In this document: positions 38,362 through 46,761 of the stretch, in pieces | Position numbering within the stretch: the first letter of the stretch is position 1 | Layout: every line of letters begins with the position of its first letter | Assembly: GCA_026706815.1 (NCBI GenBank) | Contig: JAPOYA010000013.1 | Location: 20,378 to 84,377, forward strand | Reading direction: 5' to 3' | Origin: Acidimicrobiaceae bacterium | GTDB lineage: Bacteria > Actinomycetota > Acidimicrobiia > Acidimicrobiales > Aldehydirespiratoraceae | DNA length: 64,000 bases | Notes under the pieces: generated by a model | Databases searched by the model: none | The model's input: the letters and a program-made list of their open reading frames with translations, nothing else | What the model was told of the DNA's origin: nothing | Made by a program: the position numbers and the translations under genes

Positions 38362-38483
38362 GCTTCCTCCTACCCGATTCAGTTGTCGGCGGCCAAACTC
38401 AAGTCGCAGTCCCCCGAAAGGCTCCAGTCACGACAGGCTAGGGGGTTCAGACGAGTGTCCGGTGTGCCCAACCGGGCTGAGTA

Positions 38484-39371
38484 TTACCGACGCGCGCCGA
38501 CTGCATCCAACACCGACTTCGACGCGAGCACGGCGAGAAAGACGACGACTGTGGCAAGTGCCATCGTCGCTCCCGCAGCCGTGTTGTGGTGGTAGCTGAT
38601 GAGCAGCCCGACCACGGTCGATCCCGCGCCGATCAGCACCGCAGCCACCATGATGCGCGGCACGCCCTTGACCAGCAGCACCGCAGTTGCCGGCGGGGCG
38701 ATCAGGAAGGCAAAAACCAACAGATTGCCGACCGCTTCGAAAGAAGCAACGATCGCGATCACCAGGAACACCAGCAGAATCGCGTGCGCCAATCGAGGTC
38801 TCAGACCCAGTACCTGTGCTTGGGCTCTATCGAAGGTCATCACCAGGAAAGCCCGATAAAACACAACCATACCGACCAGCACGACAGCAGCCGCGATCGC
38901 TTGTCGCCTTAGATCATCCTGGTCAACCCCTGTGATGGAGCCGAACAGGAAGCGACTCAAGTCGCCCGTGTAGGATCCCGACGCACTCGACAGAATCACC
39001 ACGGCCAGAGCCAGAAAGCCCACAAAAAGCAAACCGATCGAGGTGTCATCAGGGAGCGGCGAATAGCTGCGGATCAGGTTGATCCCCCACACCATTGCCA
39101 ATGCCGCGACAAACGCGCCAATGGTCGTGTGTACACCGACAATGAAAGCGATCGCGATGCCGGGCAGAACACCGTGTGCTAACGCGTCACCCAAGAAACT
39201 CATGCCGCGCAACACCACCCAGGTTCCCACCACCGAGGTGGTCAGCGCCGCCAGCAGGCCGGCTTGGAGCGCCTGGCGCATGAAGGAGTTCGACGTGAAG
39301 GGATCAATCCACCACGCAACAGGATCGGTTAGGAGTTCCACACAGTAGGTTCTAGCTGAGCGCGTCCACAA
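38484..39371 (-). CDS. znuB: metal (Zn/Mn) ABC transporter permease
   Basis: ABC-3 family polytopic protein (FLGDALAHGVLPG). It overlaps the znuA-like 3' end by 20 nt. Confidence 0.85.
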   Translation of the reverse strand: MWTRSARTYCVELLTDPVAWWIDPFTSNSFMRQALQAGLLAALTTSVVGTWVVLRGMSFLGDALAHGVLPGIAIAFIVGVHTTIGAFVAALAMVWGINLIRSYSPLPDDTSIGLLFVGFLALAVVILSSASGSYTGDLSRFLFGSITGVDQDDLRRQAIAAAVVLVGMVVFYRAFLVMTFDRAQAQVLGLRPRLAHAILLVFLVIAIVASFEAVGNLLVFAFLIAPPATAVLLVKGVPRIMVAAVLIGAGSTVVGLLISYHHNTAAGATMALATVVVFLAVLASKSVLDAVGARR

Positions 39372-40431
39372 TCAGACGGGCATTCGTTCGCATGAAGCCG
39401 ATGTAGTCTTCCGCGCCGCTGTCCGGTGGGCCGAGGCTTCCCGTGTGGAGGGTGACGACCTCAACCTCGCCGATTCTCGCTGCGAGGGCTTCGATGTCGT
39501 CGCTGGAATGCACCGTCTCGCCGAATATCGCGTTGACCCCTTCATGCTCGATAGCCTGCGCCAATTCCTCAAGTTGAGCCGGGTTGGTCTCTGCCAAGGT
39601 TGAGAACGATGGGAGTGCCGTCCCGATGATCTCGAACCCGTAGCGGTCGGCAAAATAACCCAGAGCGTCGTGGTTTGTCACAAGCTTGCGTTTTTCTGTC
39701 GGCAACCGCTCGATCAAATCTTCAAGTTCATGGTCCAGCGCTTCCAACTCCGCTTGGTAGTCACTCCGACATGTGGCAATCGAATCAGCATCGAGACCTG
39801 CATCGTCAATCAAGTGTTGAGCTAGTTCACCAAGCACAGCGGCGACGCGCACAGGATCAAACCAGACGTGAGGGTCGTCGCTGCCGTGGGCGTGGTCATG
39901 GCCGTCATCTTCGCCGTGATCCTCATGGCCATCCTCGTCGTGGCCATCCTCGTCGTGCTCCTCATGGCCCTCATCGTCATGATCGTCATGACCAGAAGAG
40001 AACGGGATCGACTCAACATGCTCCGCAACCGCAAACACCGGTGTTCCGGAGTTCTTTACAGCTTCCAGGGTGTCCAGAAGTCGAGTCTCAAGTTGCAAGC
40101 CGTTGGCCACGACAAGATCCGCATTCTCCATGCGTTCCCTGTCCTGCAGCGACGGCTCAAATCCGTGGGGGTCACCGCCGACCGGAATAATCGCCTCAAC
40201 ATCGGCAATGCCATCACAAGCCAGATTGGCTACAACATCTGCCCAGATCCCCGTTGTCGCCAACACCACCGGGGGGTTGGCTTCTGCGTCGGGCGTCGAA
40301 TCCGCCGAGTCCGAAGAGTCTCCACATCCAGCGGCCACCAACGCCAAAACCATGATCGTCAAGGTCGTTCGCAGGAGGCGCCGATTCGTTCGGGGCGATC
40401 GGGGTTCGTGAGCTACCCGTCTTATGTGCAC
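39352..40431 (-). CDS. znuA: metal ABC transporter substrate-binding lipoprotein with His/Asp/Glu-rich loop (ZnuA type)
   Basis: The lipobox is LVAAGCG. The loop HDDHDDEGHEEHDEDGHDEDGHEDHGEDDGHDHAHGSDDPH is typical of ZnuA. I prefer GTG 40431, 8 nt after AAGGGA. The ORF-track start at 40461 is a TTG that nearly abuts the Zur box. Confidence 0.8.
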   Translation of the reverse strand: MHIRRVAHEPRSPRTNRRLLRTTLTIMVLALVAAGCGDSSDSADSTPDAEANPPVVLATTGIWADVVANLACDGIADVEAIIPVGGDPHGFEPSLQDRERMENADLVVANGLQLETRLLDTLEAVKNSGTPVFAVAEHVESIPFSSGHDDHDDEGHEEHDEDGHDEDGHEDHGEDDGHDHAHGSDDPHVWFDPVRVAAVLGELAQHLIDDAGLDADSIATCRSDYQAELEALDHELEDLIERLPTEKRKLVTNHDALGYFADRYGFEIIGTALPSFSTLAETNPAQLEELAQAIEHEGVNAIFGETVHSSDDIEALAARIGEVEVVTLHTGSLGPPDSGAEDYIGFMRTNARLIVDALS

Positions 40432-40460
40432 GCCTATGATCCCTTCTAGAGTTGACCGCA

Positions 40461-40490
40461 ATAATGATAATGAGTCTCATTTACAATTGA
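40461..40490. promoter_or_regulatory. candidate Zur box in the znuA/zur divergent promoter region
   Basis: An AT-rich stretch ataatgatAATGAGtCTCATTtacaattga carries a perfect 6-1-6 palindrome at 40469-40481, immediately upstream of TACAAT (40482-40487). The zur ATG lies 10 nt further on. Confidence 0.6.
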
Positions 40491-40497
40491 AACCCGC

Positions 40498-40974
40498 ATG
40501 GAAAACCCAACCACATCCCCACCCGACGAGAAGTCTCTCGACCGCCATGCTTTTGTGCTCAAGCGACTCTCGAACAAAAACCACCGATATACAACTGGGC
40601 GCCATCGGCTTGTCGACGCGTTGGCAGGGTCCGACAAACCGCTCACGCTGCCCGACATCGTCGCAATCGCGCCCGACCTCGCCGCCAGTTCCGTCTACCG
40701 CAACCTCGAAGTCCTAGAACAATGCGGCGTTGTCAAACGCATAGCCAGCGGCCGTGACCACGCCCACTTCGAGTTGGCCGAGCCGTTGCTGTCGCACCAC
40801 CACCACCTCGTATGCACCGAATGCGGTGCGATCGAAGATGTTCGTCTCGACGATGAAGTCGAGGAATTGCTGGATCAACGCCTAAACCTGGTTGCTGCTC
40901 GCGCCAGTTTCAAGCCTCTTCATCACAGCCTTGACCTGCACGGTCACTGCGCAAATTGTGAGGGTCTCCTTTGA
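40498..40974 (+). CDS. zur: Fur-family metalloregulator (Zur-like)
   Basis: 158 aa with a winged-helix N-terminal half and HHHLVCTECG...HGHCANCE metal sites. It sits inside the zinc-uptake locus. Confidence 0.8.
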   Translation: MENPTTSPPDEKSLDRHAFVLKRLSNKNHRYTTGRHRLVDALAGSDKPLTLPDIVAIAPDLAASSVYRNLEVLEQCGVVKRIASGRDHAHFELAEPLLSHHHHLVCTECGAIEDVRLDDEVEELLDQRLNLVAARASFKPLHHSLDLHGHCANCEGLL

Positions 40975-41040
40975 TCTGCCACCGAGCAGGACGAACCGGA
41001 CCCGTCGGTTTTCTCTACACAGCCCCACTAGTCTGACGGC

Positions 41041-41865
41041 GTGAGCATGGCCTTGAGAATCGAGGGCTTGACCGTCAGGTACGACGACTTCAACGCTCTC
41101 GACAACATCACACACAGCTTCGAACCCGGTACTTCCACAGCTGTAATGGGAGTCAACGGCTCAGGCAAGACGACATTGTTGGAGAGCATCGCCGGACTGG
41201 TGAATCCTGCCTCGGGGCAGATCAGCGGCTGTTGCGAAAGACTCGGCTACGTGTGCCAGTGCCCCCCCGCGAGTTGGATGCCGCTCACCTCGAACGAAGT
41301 CCTCGCGATGGGTCGCTACCGCGAGCGAGGCCTAATGGGCCCGCTCAGAGCAAACGATCGAGCGGCCATGCGTTTCGCCGGCGAACGTCTCCACATCAAC
41401 GATCTCTTGAATCACAGTTTCGGAGAGCTCAGCGGTGGGCAACAGCAGCGGGTCCGGATCGCCCAAGTACTAGCTTCTGAACCGGAACTGTTGCTCTTGG
41501 ATGAGCCGATAACCGGTCTTGACATCCCAAGCCAGGAGCGAATCCTTGCGATGATCGAGGACTATTCCCGCCGGGGCGCGACCGTGATCCTCACCACCCA
41601 CCACCTTGACGAGGCCCGACACTGTGATTGCGTGATGCTGCTCGCCAACAGGCTCATCGGGGCCGGCAGCCCCCAGGAAATGCTCACCGAGGAGCGGCTC
41701 AGGGAGGCGTTCGGGGAACGCCTCTTGGGAGACCACCGAGATCACAAGCACGACCACGACATGATCTTGCTAGACGACCACGGACACCACGGCCCGCAAG
41801 CACACGATCATAATGAAGCAGGCCCTACTCGGGATTTTCGCGGGACTCAGAGAGGGCAGCATTAG
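41041..41865 (+). CDS. znuC: metal ABC transporter ATP-binding protein with His-rich C-terminal tail
   Basis: Contains Walker A GVNGSGKTT, signature LSGGQQQRVRIAQ and Walker B LLLLDEP. The tail reads GDHRDHKHDHDMILLDDHGHHGPQAHDH. Confidence 0.85.
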   Translation: MSMALRIEGLTVRYDDFNALDNITHSFEPGTSTAVMGVNGSGKTTLLESIAGLVNPASGQISGCCERLGYVCQCPPASWMPLTSNEVLAMGRYRERGLMGPLRANDRAAMRFAGERLHINDLLNHSFGELSGGQQQRVRIAQVLASEPELLLLDEPITGLDIPSQERILAMIEDYSRRGATVILTTHHLDEARHCDCVMLLANRLIGAGSPQEMLTEERLREAFGERLLGDHRDHKHDHDMILLDDHGHHGPQAHDHNEAGPTRDFRGTQRGQH

Positions 41866-42064
41866 CTTCGTTGGCGACGCCCAGCAACGCCTCCGCAACG
41901 GATTCACGCACCAGCGCGGTCGGGACACTGCCTCGCGGGAACTCCGGCGGGACAAAATTGACGGCAGCTTGCCCCAGCGAACGGAGACATGCCTGGCAGT
42001 CATTCCAGGACTCCCGCAAGATTACTGCTCCATCAGCAGATCCAATCCGGGCAGATGAACCTGA

Positions 42065-42592
42065 TCACGGCGCTTCCCACGGGCGGTCCGTGAGGCCGAC
42101 GACATCGCTGGGATCGCGATCTGATGACCCGAGGCATCTCATCCGCGCCACAAAAAAGGCGTAGTCCCACATCAGATGTTCACCCTCGCGCCAGCGCCGA
42201 ACCTCGATGTCCATCCCCTCAGGTCGCAGCACATGCACACCGTTCTCGTAGCTCGCGGCGACATTGATCTCGGTTGCCTTGTCGAACTCGGCCACATCAC
42301 GGACGCCGTGTTCGAGCGTGCCGTCGCAACGCATGTCGTGGACCACGCCCCCGCCGACCACGACCACTCGATCTCCGGCCTGCTCGATCCGAGTGACGAT
42401 TCCCAAACCGGGATGGTCACCGACGAGCTGATCGTCGACCTTCACCTCGATCGTCTGCCAGTAACCATCGAGGTCCGGCGCACCCTCCGGACGGGGTTCG
42501 CTGCAACCAACGAGTATCGGCGCGGGCCAATCGGTCCAGCCACCGGGGGGAGTCTTGGCTACGGGTATCGAATCAACGGTGGGACTGTTCAT
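42065..42592 (-). CDS. hypothetical protein (175 aa)
   Basis: Coding-like codon bias, lying 67 nt downstream of the TetR gene on the same strand. I do not recognise a family. Confidence 0.5.
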   Translation of the reverse strand: MNSPTVDSIPVAKTPPGGWTDWPAPILVGCSEPRPEGAPDLDGYWQTIEVKVDDQLVGDHPGLGIVTRIEQAGDRVVVVGGGVVHDMRCDGTLEHGVRDVAEFDKATEINVAASYENGVHVLRPEGMDIEVRRWREGEHLMWDYAFFVARMRCLGSSDRDPSDVVGLTDRPWEAP

Positions 42593-42659
42593 AGGCGGGG
42601 CACTTTCCGGACTATAGCCTGAGGCTCAGACAGGCGACCTTATGCTGGTTCCACTGGCA

Positions 42660-43265
42660 CTACCCGAGGACTGCCAGCAGCACCGTGCGCAGCGTGTTCT
42701 CGGTCTCCGCGACGGTCAGTTGACGGTGACGGCGGAGAAAATCGATCGAGTCGAGCTGAGTGATCACATCGCCGGCGGACAGCACCGCCGCTCGATCGGA
42801 CCTCTTGCGTTCATCGAGTTCGGGGGCGAACTGCCGCTCGAACTGATCACGGAAATCGTTGCGGGTTGTCGCCAGCTCGTCGCGGATGCGTGAATTGAGC
42901 GCGGCGTTGGCAACCGTCGCTCGATACACCGGGCCGATCCTGTCGTAGAGTCGCATCCGCATTGCAACGAAGTCTTCGACCCGGGTGAGAAGCGGTCCCC
43001 TGCCGATCGACGAAAGATGGGCGTCATCTGCGGCTACCTCACGGTTGCGTTTGATTGCAGCTTCCAGCAGCTCACCTGGATCAGCGAAGTACCGGTACAG
43101 CGAGCGCACCGACAGGCCCGACCGTTTCGACGCTTGTTCGATGGTTGGAAACAGCGACTCTTCGGCGAACAATTCCAAAACCACGTCGAGCACATTGTTG
43201 ATGTTGCGTTCCCGTCGGGCGACACGTCCGTCGATCAGGGGCTCGACTTCGCCGATGTCGGTCAT
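42660..43265 (-). CDS. TetR/AcrR-family transcriptional regulator
   Basis: The HTH is ASKRSGLSVRSLYRYF. I prefer ATG 43265, which forms an ATGA overlap with the dehalogenase stop. The alternative ATG is at 43292. Confidence 0.85.
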   Translation of the reverse strand: MTDIGEVEPLIDGRVARRERNINNVLDVVLELFAEESLFPTIEQASKRSGLSVRSLYRYFADPGELLEAAIKRNREVAADDAHLSSIGRGPLLTRVEDFVAMRMRLYDRIGPVYRATVANAALNSRIRDELATTRNDFRDQFERQFAPELDERKRSDRAAVLSAGDVITQLDSIDFLRRHRQLTVAETENTLRTVLLAVLG

Positions 43266-44227
43266 TGTGATCCGACCGTAGCAAGCGGGCACTCACCTGG
43301 CGTACCCAGCCAGTCCATCAGCGTTTCTGTGTACTGCTCAGGCAGGTCTTCCTGCACGAAGTGGCCGCCTCCCCCAAGGATCGCATGGGGTTGGCCGCTG
43401 GCCCCGGGGATGCGCTTGACGATCGGTCTCCACCCGTCGGGTGCTACCGAGTCCCTGTCGCTGAAGATGGTGAGCACCGGCTTGGTGAAGGCGTCGAGAG
43501 CCTTCCAGGCCTCATAGTTGTCGGGATACATCGGATTGTCTGGACGGGTCGGCAACAGCTGTGTGAAGGCACGGCTGCCAACCGTGAGATTCTCGGTGGG
43601 GTACGGTGCCCGGTAGGCCATTTCGAGTTCCGACGTGGGCACAGAGTGCATGACCATTCCAAGCAGGGTCCAAGGCTCCCACTTCGGGACCGCCGCCGCG
43701 AATGCCTGGAAATCAGCGAGCGGACCCGAAGGCCTAATGACCTCAGGCAACGGTTCGGTGATGTCCCGCCACGGCAGCCCGGTGTTGGAGACGACCATGC
43801 GCCCGACCCGTTCGGGCTGCTCAGCAGTCAGGCGCATCCCGACTATCCCGCCCCAATCGTGCAATACGAATGAGATGTCGGTGAGGTCGAGTTGCTCGAA
43901 CAGCAGAGCGCGCATCCATCCCACGTGGCGTGCGACGCTGTAGTCGGCCATCTCCGACGGTTTGTCGGACAGACCCATGCCGACTAGGTCAGGAGCGAGC
44001 GCGCGGTAACCGGCATCGACGGCGGCTCGGATCTGGCGCCGCCACAGGTACGACCACGAAGGGTTGCCATGTAGAAACACCACGGGCGGAGCAGCGCGGT
44101 CGCCGTCGTCGACAAGATGGACCCTGAGATCCTGTCCGTCTCCGGACGGAACCGTCACATAGCGGCGAGTCTTCGGGTAAGCGACTAGGTGGTCGGCTGC
44201 GTCGTCTGGCGTTCGGAGAATGCGCAT
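43262..44227 (-). CDS. haloalkane dehalogenase, DhlA-like (HLD-I) alpha/beta hydrolase
   Basis: The N-terminus MRILRTPDD resembles DhlA MINAIRTPDQ (from memory). VVFLHGNPSWSYLWRRQI and the nucleophile elbow VLHDWGG are present. I place the start at ATG 44227. The ORF-track start at 44467 would add 80 low-quality residues. Confidence 0.8.
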   Translation of the reverse strand: MRILRTPDDAADHLVAYPKTRRYVTVPSGDGQDLRVHLVDDGDRAAPPVVFLHGNPSWSYLWRRQIRAAVDAGYRALAPDLVGMGLSDKPSEMADYSVARHVGWMRALLFEQLDLTDISFVLHDWGGIVGMRLTAEQPERVGRMVVSNTGLPWRDITEPLPEVIRPSGPLADFQAFAAAVPKWEPWTLLGMVMHSVPTSELEMAYRAPYPTENLTVGSRAFTQLLPTRPDNPMYPDNYEAWKALDAFTKPVLTIFSDRDSVAPDGWRPIVKRIPGASGQPHAILGGGGHFVQEDLPEQYTETLMDWLGTPGECPLATVGSQ

Positions 44228-44287
44228 TGCCGCCTGTTGGGCCTTTCGGTCTGCTTCTTTGCGTTCCGTCTCGGAGGAACCGTCGTA

Positions 44288-44320
44288 ATCTATAGTAGTG
44301 CGCCTTTGACTGGCAATAGT
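44288..44320. promoter_or_regulatory. 33-nt conserved motif, copy 1, in the dehalogenase/DUF2855 divergent promoter region
   Basis: atctatagtagtgcgcctttgactggcaatagt matches 50034-50066 at 27/33 positions. In both copies it is followed after exactly 12 nt by TAGGNT (here TAGGAT, 44333-44338, 7 nt before the ATG at 44346). Confidence 0.55.
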
Positions 44321-44345
44321 TAGCCCAAGTGCTAGGATCCGACCC

Positions 44346-45479
44346 ATGGACTTCGAGGTGAACCGCCAAGACTTCAGGGACACCCGGATCGTCGACCCGG
44401 CCCCGGCCGAACTAGCGCAAGGCCAGATCCGGATCGCCGTCGAACGGTTCGCTCTGACAACCAACAATGTGACCTATGCGGTGGCCGGCGACATGCTCGA
44501 CTACTGGGGGTTCTTCCCTGCCGAGACTCCCTGGGGGCGGCTCCCGGCCATGGGACTCGGCTCGGTGGTCGAGACAGCCAACCCGCAAGTCCCCGTCGGC
44601 GGGCGGTTCTTCGGCTTCTACCCGATGTCCGGCCAACTGGTCATCGCAGCCGAGCCTCGCCGAAACGGGTTCCGTGACGTCGGCTCACACCGCGCCAACC
44701 ACGCTGACGCCTACACCAGTTTCATCGATGTGGGCAGTGATCAGATGTTCCGGGATCACCGCGCAGACGAATACCTGCTACTGCGCGGCCTGTTCATGAC
44801 ATCGTTCCTCGCAGACGACTACCTCGACGGCAACGGATTCGCCGGGGCCTCCCAGACCCTGGTCACCAGCGCCTCATCCAAGACATCGATCTGCCTCGCG
44901 GCCTGCCTGGCCCGACGCGGTCACCCGAGCATCGGACTCACCTCAGCACGGAACCGTGCGTTCGTGGAGAGCCTCGACATGTACCAGCAAGTGATCGCCT
45001 ACGACGAGATCGACCAGCTCGATTCCAACACTGCTTCGGGCATGGTCGACATGGCCGGCAACGGCAGCGTTCGCTCCGCGGTACACACACATTTCGGGGA
45101 CAAACTTGCCTTCTCACTGACGGTCGGGGCAACACACTGGGAGGAGCGAGCCGGTTCATCCCACGATCTGCCTGGACCCAAACCCGAGTTCTTCTTCGCT
45201 CCCGGACAGATCGCCAAACGCACCCAAGAATGGGGTGAAGCCGAATTGACCGCAAGGATCGCCCGCTCGTGGCACTACCTGCTCGAAGGCAGCGACCGCT
45301 GGATGACCGTGGTCCACCGCCGCGGACCTGCTGAAATCAGCGCGGTCTACCGGGAACTGTTGGAGGGGCAGGCCGACCCCTCAATCGGTTACGTCGTCTC
45401 GATGTCACCCGACTTCGACAACCGGGCCGGGCTGGTGACAAACACCGACGGGTTCGACGACGGCCTTGTCCACAGTTGA
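44346..45479 (+). CDS. DUF2855-family (MDR-like) protein
   Basis: The N-terminus MDFEVNRQDFRDTRIVDPAPAELAQGQIRIAVERFALTTNNVTYA...YWGFFP matches my memory of DUF2855 proteins. The gene may be leaderless. Confidence 0.6.
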   Translation: MDFEVNRQDFRDTRIVDPAPAELAQGQIRIAVERFALTTNNVTYAVAGDMLDYWGFFPAETPWGRLPAMGLGSVVETANPQVPVGGRFFGFYPMSGQLVIAAEPRRNGFRDVGSHRANHADAYTSFIDVGSDQMFRDHRADEYLLLRGLFMTSFLADDYLDGNGFAGASQTLVTSASSKTSICLAACLARRGHPSIGLTSARNRAFVESLDMYQQVIAYDEIDQLDSNTASGMVDMAGNGSVRSAVHTHFGDKLAFSLTVGATHWEERAGSSHDLPGPKPEFFFAPGQIAKRTQEWGEAELTARIARSWHYLLEGSDRWMTVVHRRGPAEISAVYRELLEGQADPSIGYVVSMSPDFDNRAGLVTNTDGFDDGLVHS

Positions 45480-45488
45480 CATGGCCGA

Positions 45489-46457
45489 CTAGTCGACCTC
45501 GAGGACGACTTTGCCGAACGTTTCGTTGGATTCGATCAGTTCGTGGGCCCGGTCGGCTTCAGCGATGGGGATCACTTCGTCGATGACGGGACCGATACCA
45601 CCCGATTCGATGAGCGGCCAAACCCGTTCACGAAGCGCCGACATGACGACCCTCTTCTCATGCACCGGGCGGGCTCGCAACGTGGAGCCGATCACCCGCA
45701 GTCGTTTCATCATCAACAACCCGAGCGAGATTTCTGCCGTGGCGCCACTCATCAAGCCGATCAGCACGAGCCGACCTCCTATGGCGAGACTTCCGATGTT
45801 CTCGTTGAGATAGCCGGCGCCCACCGGATCGAGGATTACGTCGAAGCCATTGCCCTCGGTCCAGCTCTCGACGTGATCGACGAAGCTTCCTGAATGGCGA
45901 TTGCTGCCTCCGGACGCTCCCAGAGTCACACACCGCTCGACCTTGTCATCGGCGCCGGCCGTTACGAAAACAGGGTTGCCGAAAGCTCGGCACAACTGAA
46001 TGGCGGCGGTGCCCACACCACTGGCGCCGGCATGCAACAGGACACGTTCCCCGGGAGCCAGAGCCGCTTCAATATGGAGATTGAGATAGGCGGTGGCAAA
46101 GACTTCGGGAAGCGCGGCGGCCTCAACAAACGACAGACCCGCGGGGACCGGGACAACCTGCGGTGCCGGGACCGCGACTTCCTCGGCGTAACCTCCTCCG
46201 GCAAGCAGGGCACAAACTTCATCCCCTGTCTCAAAGCCAGTCACATCTTCGGCGATTTCGGACACCACGCCCGCACACTCCAAGCCCATGATCGGACTGG
46301 CGCCGGGCGGCGGTGGATAAAACCCCGCTCGCTGTGCCAAATCAGCCCGATTCACCGCGCTGGCCCTGACCTCGATGCGGATCTCCCCGTCCCCCAAAGA
46401 CGGACTCGGGGTGTCGCTCCACACCAGTTGGCCACCTCGGACCTCAATCGCCTTCAT
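45489..46457 (-). CDS. NAD(P)H:quinone oxidoreductase (zeta-crystallin/PIG3-type MDR)
   Basis: 322 aa with GASGVGTAAIQL nucleotide-binding and MDR-family N-terminal patterns. Confidence 0.85.
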   Translation of the reverse strand: MKAIEVRGGQLVWSDTPSPSLGDGEIRIEVRASAVNRADLAQRAGFYPPPPGASPIMGLECAGVVSEIAEDVTGFETGDEVCALLAGGGYAEEVAVPAPQVVPVPAGLSFVEAAALPEVFATAYLNLHIEAALAPGERVLLHAGASGVGTAAIQLCRAFGNPVFVTAGADDKVERCVTLGASGGSNRHSGSFVDHVESWTEGNGFDVILDPVGAGYLNENIGSLAIGGRLVLIGLMSGATAEISLGLLMMKRLRVIGSTLRARPVHEKRVVMSALRERVWPLIESGGIGPVIDEVIPIAEADRAHELIESNETFGKVVLEVD

Positions 46458-46761
46458 GCGGTTGCACTCTATTCGGTCGGTGAAGCTTCGGGTGGGGCGG
46501 AAAGCGCTGAGACCGGCTCAGGCCTACGTCGAGGCGTCCACACAGCCCAGCCAGCTCAAACCTCCGCGTTTCAGCGTCCTGCTATGCTGAGCGTCCAGAG
46601 CCAGAAGATGATTGGTCCCTGAATCCAACGGCAAGTCATGGTGAAAGCTGCCGCGGCGAACAGTAGAAGTGTCGCTGCCAACGGCATGATCTCACCGACG
46701 GAGCGCATCTATCAGCAGTTGCAGTGAGAAGATCCGCGAACACGGCTATGCGTCGGCCCGC

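Noticed and set aside
41825-42019. A 64-aa minus-strand ORF (MRESWNDCQACLRSLGQAAV...) with a C-x-x-C that faintly recalls ZAS anti-sigma factors.
   Set aside because: It lacks the upstream His/Cys of the HxxxCxxC motif. It overlaps the znuC 3' end by 41 nt. It has no RBS or partner sigma gene. The evidence is too weak to annotate.
43262-44467. The ORF-track N-terminal extensions of several genes: dehalogenase to 44467, gmaS-like from 31911, mgsA-like to 31956, mgsB-like to 31156, BMP-2 from 15793, HAD to 51963 and the lipoprotein to 61873.
   Set aside because: The extensions overlap neighbouring genes or divergent promoters and translate to Arg/Ser-rich junk. Internal starts restore canonical N-termini (MCGIVG, MRILRTPDD, signal peptides), RBS spacing or ATGA coupling.
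46638-46727. A 29-codon ORF (MVKAAAANSRSVAANGMISPTERIYQQLQ) resembling the first helix of a GntR-type regulator.
   Set aside because: It stops after 29 codons with no continuation in any frame. At best it is a gene remnant, which cannot be supported without a database search.
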